Below are positions 57,441-64,000 of a DNA stretch of 64,000 nucleotides, in pieces; the first letter of the stretch is position 1, and each line of letters opens with the position of its first letter. The notes beneath the pieces were generated by a model. It worked only from the letters and a program-made list of their open reading frames with translations, was not told where the DNA came from and ran no database searches. The position numbers and the translations under genes were made by a program. Origin of the DNA: Patescibacteria group bacterium (GTDB lineage Bacteria > Patescibacteriota > Patescibacteriia > UBA9934 > GWF2-40-263); contig JBAZTR010000001.1 of NCBI GenBank assembly GCA_041661745.1, forward strand, positions 186,471 to 250,470. The letters are read 5' to 3'.

Positions 57441-57463
57441 CCCCTACCCGGGCTTCTTTTTTT

Positions 57464-59983
57464 TTATTTTAACACTTTCCTCAAATACTCCCCGGTATAA
57501 CTTCCTTTATGTCGAGCCACCTCTTCCGGCGTGCCGACGCAAACAATTTCCCCACCTTTATCTCCGCCTTCCGGACCAAGATCAATAATCCAATCAGCTG
57601 TTTTAATCACATCAAGATTATGTTCAATCACCACCACAGTATTACCTTTATCAACAAGAGCATGAAGAACTTTCAAAAGTTGTTCAACATCGGCAAAATG
57701 AAGACCAGTCGTTGGTTCGTCAAAAAGATAAAGAGTCTTGCCAGTGGCCCGCTTGGCCAGCTCGGCCGAGAGTTTGACGCGTTGGGCTTCACCACCGGAA
57801 AGAGTCGGGGCCGGTTGACCAACTTTTAAATAGCCTAAACCGACTTGGCACAACGTTTCCAATTTGTCCGAAACAAACGGAACGTCTTTAAAGAACACGG
57901 CTGCTTCTTCCACGGTCATTTCCAAAATATCAAAAACATTTTTGTCTTTAAAAGTAATCTCCAATGTTTCGCGATCAAAGCGGCGGCCTTTGCAAACATC
58001 ACAAGTCACATAAACCGTTGGTAGGAAATGCATTTCAATGGCCAAAGTACCGTGCCCTTCACAATGTTCACAACGACCACCCGGAACATTAAAACTAAAG
58101 CGACCGGGTTTGTAACCACGAAAGCGCGCTTCAGCCGTGGCCGCGAAAAGATCGCGAATCGGACCCCAAGCACCGGTGTAAGTAGCCGGATTAGAGCGCG
58201 GGGTGCGACCAATGGGTGACTGGTCAATCAAAATAGCCTTATCAATGTATTCGGTGCCAAGAAGGGCCTTGTGGGCCCCAGGTGTGGCCGAGGAATGGTA
58301 AAGTCGGCGCGACAATTCTTTATACATGGTGTCATAGGCCAAAGTTGATTTACCAGAGCCGGAAACCCCGGTAACACAAACAAAACGACGCAGGGGAATT
58401 TCAACATCAATATTTTTTAAATTGTTTTCGTGTGCTCCCTTAATTTTTATTTTATCAAGACCGACCGTGCGACGACTGGCCGGAACGGGGATCTTTTTGT
58501 CACCGCGAAGATAAGCCGCGGTTAAAGAATTTTTATCATTAAAAACTTCCGGCACCGGGCCTTGGGCTACAACGTAACCTCCATGTACTCCGGCCCCCGG
58601 ACCAACCTCGACCATGTAGTCGGAAGCACGAATGGTTTCCTCGTCATGTTCGACCACCAAAACCGTGTTGCCAAGATCACGCAAGTCACAAAGGGTTTTG
58701 ATAAGACGTTCGTTATCACGCTGATGAAGGCCGATGGTCGGTTCGTCGAGAACGTACAAAGCGCCGACCAAACGCGAACCAACTTGGCTGGCCAAACGAA
58801 TACGTTGGGCTTCCCCGCCCGAGAGTGTGCCGGCGATACGATTCAGTGTTAAATAATGAAGACCGACATCGAGCATGAATTGCAAACGATTCAAAATTTC
58901 CCGCATGGCCGTGCCGGCAATTTCATTTTCTTTTTCCGTCCAAGCCAGATTCAAAAAATAATCGCGAGCTTCTTCGATCGACATTTTGGTAACATCAACG
59001 ATCGACTTTTTGCCGGGCAAGTAAACATACAACGCTTCATCGCGCAAACGATTACCATGACAAGTGGCGCAAATTTCTTCGCTAAACAAATCAGCCGTGC
59101 CCAAACCATGACAAGCCTGGCAGGCGCCGTAAGGTGAGTTAAAAGAAAATAAACGCGGCTCAATTTCCGGAAAGGAAAAACCATCGTCAGGACAACTGAA
59201 CTTGGCTGAAAGAGTTTGTTCGGTTTTATCAGGATAAATAATTGTCGCCGTGTCATTACCTTTTTGCACGGCGATTTCCAAAGCATCGGCCAAACGCGCT
59301 CGCGCTCCTTTTTCGTCGGACAACAACGAAACCGCCGGCACCGCGTCGATAACCACTTCAATCGTGTGTTGCTGATAACGGCTAAGTTTAATTTGCTGGC
59401 TTAAATCGTATTCTTTTCCATCAATCCGCACCCGAGCAAAACCGGAATTGTACAAATCATAAAGCAACTGGTAGTACTCGCCTTTTCGACCGAGAACAAC
59501 CGGGGCCAAAATTTTGACCGATCCGTGTACGGGCACAAAATTTTGTGCCCCTACGGTTCGGACAACCACATCCACCATCTCCTCATTCGTTAACTTCTGA
59601 ATCTCTTTCCCACACTTGGGACAATGCGGCCGGCCGACACGGGCAAAAATAACTCGAAGATAATCATAAATTTCCGTAATTGTGGCCACAGTGGAGCGCG
59701 GATTAGAAGAATGGGCTTTTTGATCAATGGAAATAGCTGGTGATAACCCTTCGATTTCATCCACATCCGGTTTTTCCATTTGCCCCAAAAATTGTCGAGC
59801 GTAAGCTGACAATGATTCAATATAACGGCGCTGCCCTTCGGCAAAAATTGTGTCGAATGCCAAAGACGACTTGCCCGAGCCGGAAACCCCGGTTAAGCAA
59901 ACCAATTTATTGCGCGGCAACTCGAGGTTGATATTTTTCAAGTTGTGCTCGCGCGCGCCTTTTATTTTGATGTAGTCGGGCAT
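57464..59983 (-). CDS. uvrA: excinuclease ABC subunit A
   Basis: The product has two ABC modules ([22 protein letters not shown] twice), and zinc fingers C..C/C..C. Confidence 0.95.
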   Translation of the reverse strand: MPDYIKIKGAREHNLKNINLELPRNKLVCLTGVSGSGKSSLAFDTIFAEGQRRYIESLSAYARQFLGQMEKPDVDEIEGLSPAISIDQKAHSSNPRSTVATITEIYDYLRVIFARVGRPHCPKCGKEIQKLTNEEMVDVVVRTVGAQNFVPVHGSVKILAPVVLGRKGEYYQLLYDLYNSGFARVRIDGKEYDLSQQIKLSRYQQHTIEVVIDAVPAVSLLSDEKGARARLADALEIAVQKGNDTATIIYPDKTEQTLSAKFSCPDDGFSFPEIEPRLFSFNSPYGACQACHGLGTADLFSEEICATCHGNRLRDEALYVYLPGKKSIVDVTKMSIEEARDYFLNLAWTEKENEIAGTAMREILNRLQFMLDVGLHYLTLNRIAGTLSGGEAQRIRLASQVGSRLVGALYVLDEPTIGLHQRDNERLIKTLCDLRDLGNTVLVVEHDEETIRASDYMVEVGPGAGVHGGYVVAQGPVPEVFNDKNSLTAAYLRGDKKIPVPASRRTVGLDKIKIKGAHENNLKNIDVEIPLRRFVCVTGVSGSGKSTLAYDTMYKELSRRLYHSSATPGAHKALLGTEYIDKAILIDQSPIGRTPRSNPATYTGAWGPIRDLFAATAEARFRGYKPGRFSFNVPGGRCEHCEGHGTLAIEMHFLPTVYVTCDVCKGRRFDRETLEITFKDKNVFDILEMTVEEAAVFFKDVPFVSDKLETLCQVGLGYLKVGQPAPTLSGGEAQRVKLSAELAKRATGKTLYLFDEPTTGLHFADVEQLLKVLHALVDKGNTVVVIEHNLDVIKTADWIIDLGPEGGDKGGEIVCVGTPEEVARHKGSYTGEYLRKVLK

Positions 59984-59992
59984 ATGGGTTTA

Positions 59993-60077
59993 TAGGACAC
60001 TAGGAGGGTAGGAGACTAGGAAGCTAGGCAGATGTAAGTTCAAGACTAGTTTCCTAGCCTCCTAGTTTCCTAGCCTC
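59993..60077. repeat. family-2 heptad repeats (CTAGGAGG/CTAGGAAACTAG) as an inverted pair; the right arm encodes the last 7 codons of uvrB
   Basis: CTAGGAGGGTAGGAGACTAGGAAGCTAGGCAG ... ACTAGTTTCCTAGCCTCCTAGTTTCCTAGCCTCC. The UvrB C-terminus KEARKLGG is read from the repeat. Confidence 0.65.
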
Positions 60078-62045
60078 CTTTAACTGTTTCTTTAACAACA
60101 CAATTTCATCACGAACAATCGCCGCGGTTTCAAAATCTAAATCAAAAGCTGCCTGGCGCATTTCTTTTTCTTTTTCGCGAATCACTTCTTCGATTTCGTG
60201 TGGCTCGGCCGTTAATTCCAATTTCAGAATATCTTTTACTTCCTGTTCTTGTTCGCCGAACATGGCGCGGATGTCACCAATCTTTTTATGAATGGTTTGC
60301 GGAGTAATGCCGTGCTTTTCGTTGTAAGCCAATTGAATGGCCCGACGGCGATTAGTTTCTTTCATGGCACGCTCGAGTGAACCGGTCACTTCATCAGCGT
60401 ACAAAATAACTTTTCCTTCGACATTGCGAGCCGCCCGACCAATAGTTTGAATAAGCGAAGTTTCGGAACGCAAGAAACCTTCCTTATCAGCATCAAGGAT
60501 GGCAACCAAGGTCACTTCAGGCAGATCAAGACCTTCGCGGAGCAAGTTCACGCCAACCAAAACATCATAATTACCTTTACGAAAATCAGTCAGGGTGGTG
60601 ATGCGATCAAGCGTTTCCACATCGGAGTGAAGATATTGCGTCTTAATTCCCTTTTCTGTTAAAAATTCTGAAAGATCTTCGGCCATCTTTTTGGTTAAGG
60701 TCGTTACCAAAACCCGCTCATGTTTTTCAGCGCGGACAACTATTTCTTTCATCAAGTCGTCAATCTGACCGGTGATGGCGCGAATTTCTACCTCTGGATC
60801 AATCAAACCAGTCGGACGGATGATTTGCTCAACCACCTGCGTACTGTGAGCGTTTTCAAACTTACCGGGGGTGGCACTAGTGAAAACAACTTGACCAATC
60901 TTTTTTTCAAATTCATCAAACTTCAACGGGCGATTGTCCTTGGCCGAAGGCAAACGGAAACCATGCTCAACCAAAATATTCTTGCGGGCACGGTCGCCTT
61001 CAAACATCCCGCCAATTTGCGGCACGGCCACATGTGATTCGTCGATAATCAACAAAAAATCTTTTGGAAAATAATCAAGCAAAGTATATGGTGGTTCGCC
61101 AGGCGAGCGACCGTCAAAATGACGCGAATAGTTTTCAATGCCGTTGCAATAACCAACTTCCTCAATCATTTCCAAATCATAGCGCGTGCGACGCGACAAA
61201 CGTTCAACTTCCAAAGGTTTTCCTTCTTTTTCCAATTCGGCCAAACGATCAGCCAATTCTTTTTTAATTTGTTTCAAAGCTGTTTCCTTTCCTTCGGGCG
61301 AAACCACATAGTGCTTGGCCGGAAAAAGCCAAACTTCTTTTGATTCTTCCAAAAGTCGGCGGGTAACATGATCCAAAATTTCGATTCCGGTCAAAGTTTC
61401 GTCATCACCAAAATGAAGACGATAAATTTTTTCCTCATTAATCGGCATGATCTCCACCACATTGCCACGGGCCCGAAAGGAACCGCGAGTTAAATCGGAA
61501 TTGGTCCGCTCAAACTGCATATCGATCAGATGGCGCAACAATTCATCACGACCGGTATTTTTTCCAACCACCACGTGCAAAACCGTCTTTTTATATTCCA
61601 CCGGCGAACCCAAACCATAAATACAAGAAACCGAGGAGACAACAATCACATCTTGTCGCGAAAGCAACGACTGCGTGGCCGCATGGCGCAAACGATCAAT
61701 CTCTTGGTTAATCATGGCTTCTTTTTCAATATAAGTATCAGTACGCGGCAAATACGCTTCCGGCTGATAGTAATCGTAGTAGCTGACAAAATATTCCACG
61801 GCATTTTCCGGAAAAAATTCGCGGAACTCGTTGCACAGCTGGGCAGCCAGGGTTTTGTTTGGCGCAATAATCAAAGTCGGCTTCTGAACCTTTTGAATAA
61901 CATTGGCCATGGTAAAAGTTTTACCCGAACCAGTGACGCCAAGGAGGGTTTGAAACTTTTCGCCATTTTCAAGACCGGCGATTAATTTCTTAATCGCCTC
62001 GGGCTGGTCGCCGGCGGGTTGGTATGGCGCTTTGAGTTTAAACAT
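60054..62045 (-). CDS. uvrB: excinuclease ABC subunit B
   Basis: The product has [18 protein letters not shown], the helicase motifs [10 protein letters not shown] and DESH, and a C-terminal UVR domain. The start was moved to the ATG at 62045. The ORF track's TTG at 62081 lies in a hairpin repeat. Confidence 0.95.
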   Translation of the reverse strand: MFKLKAPYQPAGDQPEAIKKLIAGLENGEKFQTLLGVTGSGKTFTMANVIQKVQKPTLIIAPNKTLAAQLCNEFREFFPENAVEYFVSYYDYYQPEAYLPRTDTYIEKEAMINQEIDRLRHAATQSLLSRQDVIVVSSVSCIYGLGSPVEYKKTVLHVVVGKNTGRDELLRHLIDMQFERTNSDLTRGSFRARGNVVEIMPINEEKIYRLHFGDDETLTGIEILDHVTRRLLEESKEVWLFPAKHYVVSPEGKETALKQIKKELADRLAELEKEGKPLEVERLSRRTRYDLEMIEEVGYCNGIENYSRHFDGRSPGEPPYTLLDYFPKDFLLIIDESHVAVPQIGGMFEGDRARKNILVEHGFRLPSAKDNRPLKFDEFEKKIGQVVFTSATPGKFENAHSTQVVEQIIRPTGLIDPEVEIRAITGQIDDLMKEIVVRAEKHERVLVTTLTKKMAEDLSEFLTEKGIKTQYLHSDVETLDRITTLTDFRKGNYDVLVGVNLLREGLDLPEVTLVAILDADKEGFLRSETSLIQTIGRAARNVEGKVILYADEVTGSLERAMKETNRRRAIQLAYNEKHGITPQTIHKKIGDIRAMFGEQEQEVKDILKLELTAEPHEIEEVIREKEKEMRQAAFDLDFETAAIVRDEIVLLKKQLKEARKLGG

Positions 62046-62050
62046 ATTTT

Positions 62051-62160
62051 TAGTATCTCCCCCTATCCCCCTCTTTAGCAAAGAGGGGGCAAAACTATTT
62101 CTCCCTCCCTTTACTAAAGGGAGGGGTGGGGAGAGATTTTAAATTAACACACAAATCCCC
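62051..62160. repeat. pair of G/C-rich hairpins (CCCCCTC-TTTAGCAAAG-AGGGGG; CTCCCTCCC-TTTACTAAAG-GGAGGGG) of the family-3 type
   Basis: They have the same CCCCTC/GAGGGG flavour as the DUF559-element TIRs and the hairpin at 26137-26175. Confidence 0.55.
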
Positions 62161-62308
62161 CACAAGAGCGGTCACTCTAGGGGGTAATAAGATAAGTTGT
62201 GATTAGAATTTAACAGAAAACACGGCAATTGGCAAGATTATTGACTTTTGGGAAATGCTGGGCTAAATTAATCGGTCCGCGAATACCTCGCGGCTTCTGG
62301 AGGCTCCC

Positions 62309-62602
62309 GTGTCCGAGACTCGTCCGTATCACGAAACCCTTCCGGGGTTGATCCGTTCCGTTGAAACGAGCGACTCCGCCATCTCGCTCGCGGCGTTCAT
62401 CGTCGAGACCACCCTCCCCGGCAACTTCGACAAGGTGGCCGAAGCCTGGCGCAATCTCATGACCAGCCTGGACTTCAAGGACGTCAACGAGTTCGGCGTC
62501 CTCGACTTCGTCGAGGAGCAGCGGAAGGTGGCCGAGGAGAAGGCCAAGAACCCCGAGCGCCTGCGCGAGATCTTCGACGTCGGCTCTGGACACGGGTGCT
62601 AA
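62309..62602 (+). CDS. high-GC small protein, paralog A (97 aa), GTG start
   Basis: MSETRPYHETLPGLI... It has a GGAGG RBS, a conserved upstream hairpin CCGCGAATACCTCGCGG and a weak terminator. It is homologous to the N-terminal 95 aa of the next gene. Confidence 0.55.
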   Translation: MSETRPYHETLPGLIRSVETSDSAISLAAFIVETTLPGNFDKVAEAWRNLMTSLDFKDVNEFGVLDFVEEQRKVAEEKAKNPERLREIFDVGSGHGC

Positions 62603-62749
62603 CTACCCTTCTCGCTTCGACTTTCACCACAAGGTGGAGGTCTTTTTTTATTTAGGAATTAAAACATTTTTAAAACCATTGACGCCTAATTTCAAAAGTG
62701 TTAACTTGTTCTGTCCGCAAATACCTTGCGGCTTCCAGAGGAGGCTTCC

Positions 62750-63238
62750 ATGCTCGAGACCCGCCCGTACCACAAATCCCTTCCCTGGCTGATCCAGTAT
62801 TCCGAAGGGACGATCGACTCCACCGTCTCGCTCGGAACGTTCATCCGCCACACCACCCTGCCCGACAACTTCGACGAGGTGGCCGAGGCCTGGAGCAACC
62901 GCCTGCGCGACCAAGGTCTCGACGACACCGAGTTCGGAGTCCTCGCCTTCATCGAGGAGCAGCGGAAGGTGGCCGAGGACAAGAAGAGGCAGCAGCTCCT
63001 GGACACCAAGCTCGAGGACCTCCACAAGTCGCCGGTCCTCAGCACGAGCCACCGGGTCGACCTCGGAATCAAGACCTTGGGTGGCATCGTGGCGAGGACC
63101 GAAGCCGAACTCCTCGAGATCTACGGCCGGGAGTCCTTCGACATGATCATGGACGAGCTCCGCTCGCTCGGCCTCGAGCCGCGCAAGCCCGAGCGCCGGC
63201 GCGAGCTCTTCGACACCGAGTTCGCCCACGACTCCTAG
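62750..63238 (+). CDS. high-GC small protein, paralog B (163 aa) with a C-terminal RNAP alpha-CTD-like helix-hairpin-helix
   Basis: MLETRPYHKSLPWLI... It has a GAGGAGG RBS. The C-terminus LSTSHRVDLGIKTLGGIVARTEAELLEIYGRESFDMIMDELRSLGL resembles the RpoA alpha-CTD. The terminator has a UUCG tetraloop hairpin plus T-run (63266-63295). Confidence 0.55.
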   Translation: MLETRPYHKSLPWLIQYSEGTIDSTVSLGTFIRHTTLPDNFDEVAEAWSNRLRDQGLDDTEFGVLAFIEEQRKVAEDKKRQQLLDTKLEDLHKSPVLSTSHRVDLGIKTLGGIVARTEAELLEIYGRESFDMIMDELRSLGLEPRKPERRRELFDTEFAHDS

Positions 63239-63339
63239 CCGCCCCTCGCGGCAACGTCACGACCCCCACTTCGGTGGAGGTCTTTTTAAATCAAAACCCC
63301 GCCTGCCATGCATATAAAATGCACTGAGCGGCGGGGTAT

Positions 63340-63385
63340 TATATTTTCTGCCTACCCTCCTAGCCTCCTAGTTTCCTAGTCTCCT
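63340..63385. repeat. family-2 heptad repeat, single arm
   Basis: CTGCCTACCCTCCTAGCCTCCTAGTTTCCTAGTCTCC lies just downstream of the ABC ATPase gene. Confidence 0.6.
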
Positions 63386-64000
63386 TCACTCCCCAATAAA
63401 CCCACCAGCCTGAATATGCCAAAGCTTTTGATAAATTCCCTCTTCTTCCAACAAATCATTGTGCGTACCAGAAGCCACAACACGACCCTTGTCCATTACC
63501 ACAATTCTATCCATCATCATAATAGTTGAAAGACGATGAGCAATGACGATAACTGTCTTATCAAGCATAAGCTCGCGCAAAGCGGCTTGAATAAACTGCT
63601 CGGACTCGGAATCCAAACTGGAAGTGGCCTCATCAAGAACAAGAATCGGCGCGTTTTTTAGAATAGCTCGAGCAATGGCCACACGCTGGCGCTCGCCGCC
63701 GGAAAGTTTAATGCCACGTTCACCAACATAAGTATTGTAACCATTTGGCAAGTTTTCGATAAACTCATGACAATAGGCTTTCTTGGCGGCCTCGATAACC
63801 TCTTCATCGGTAGCACCACGTCGACCGTAACGAATGTTATCCATGATGGTGCGGTGAAACAAAACCGATTCCTGCGGCACCAGGGAAATAGCCTCACGTA
63901 AACTTTCTTGCGTTGCTTTGGAAATGTCATGACCATCGATCAAGATACGACCGCCTTTAATGTCAAACAAACGAAGCAAAAGTTTTGTAACCGTCGTCTT
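63386..64000 (-). CDS. ABC transporter ATP-binding domain (exporter-type), partial, runs off the right edge
   Basis: [16 protein letters not shown], Walker [13 protein letters not shown] and the H-loop IVIAHRLST are present. The N-terminal part lies beyond the window. Confidence 0.8.
   Translation of the reverse strand, partial: KTTVTKLLLRLFDIKGGRILIDGHDISKATQESLREAISLVPQESVLFHRTIMDNIRYGRRGATDEEVIEAAKKAYCHEFIENLPNGYNTYVGERGIKLSGGERQRVAIARAILKNAPILVLDEATSSLDSESEQFIQAALRELMLDKTVIVIAHRLSTIMMMDRIVVMDKGRVVASGTHNDLLEEEGIYQKLWHIQAGGFIGE

Overview
This 64 kb window is a low-GC (roughly 40-45%), tightly packed chromosome segment typical of a small-genome bacterium of the Patescibacteria/CPR type, with almost every gene on the minus strand.

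Recognisable housekeeping genes:
- uppP, secD (carrying an inserted parvulin domain), secF, secA, hpf, an ACP, murB, murC, murF, glyA, a TatD-family hydrolase, cvpA, metG, rsmI, gpsA, typA, tgt.
- The mraZ-rsmH-ftsL cluster.
- uvrC, uvrA and uvrB.
- A sortase homolog lacking the catalytic Cys, next to its LPRTG-anchored substrate.
- A cluster of Nudix and dCMP-deaminase genes.
- Two tRNAs.

Five kinds of feature are layered on this backbone:
1. At least five islands with 60-65% GC in the ORFs but AT-rich, native-looking promoters and terminators: a REC-only regulator, an IPT/TIG surface protein, a small secreted Cys-rich peptide with a secreted partner, a GT-C-like membrane protein, and two tandem paralogs with an RNAP alpha-CTD-like HhH.
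2. Four families of intergenic inverted-repeat elements. Three bracket small cargo genes as TIR-bounded cassettes: a four-helix-bundle protein, DUF559 (twice), and a thioredoxin-like protein.
3. A GIY-YIG endonuclease gene between a duplicated tRNA 5' half and an intact tRNA-Glu(CUC).
4. A candidate uncharacterised system at 2.2-10.7 kb: a membrane protein, two tandem VirD4/TraG-like P-loop ATPases and two tandem 578/579-aa Cys-rich paralogs. Three of these proteins share a C-terminal CxxC...YCxxC zinc ribbon.
5. A GC-rich, structured-looking non-coding block in the hpf-secA spacer.

No rRNA or CRISPR array was seen. All calls come from reading the sequence and ORF translations. Coordinates of repeats and hairpins are approximate (+/- 2 nt).
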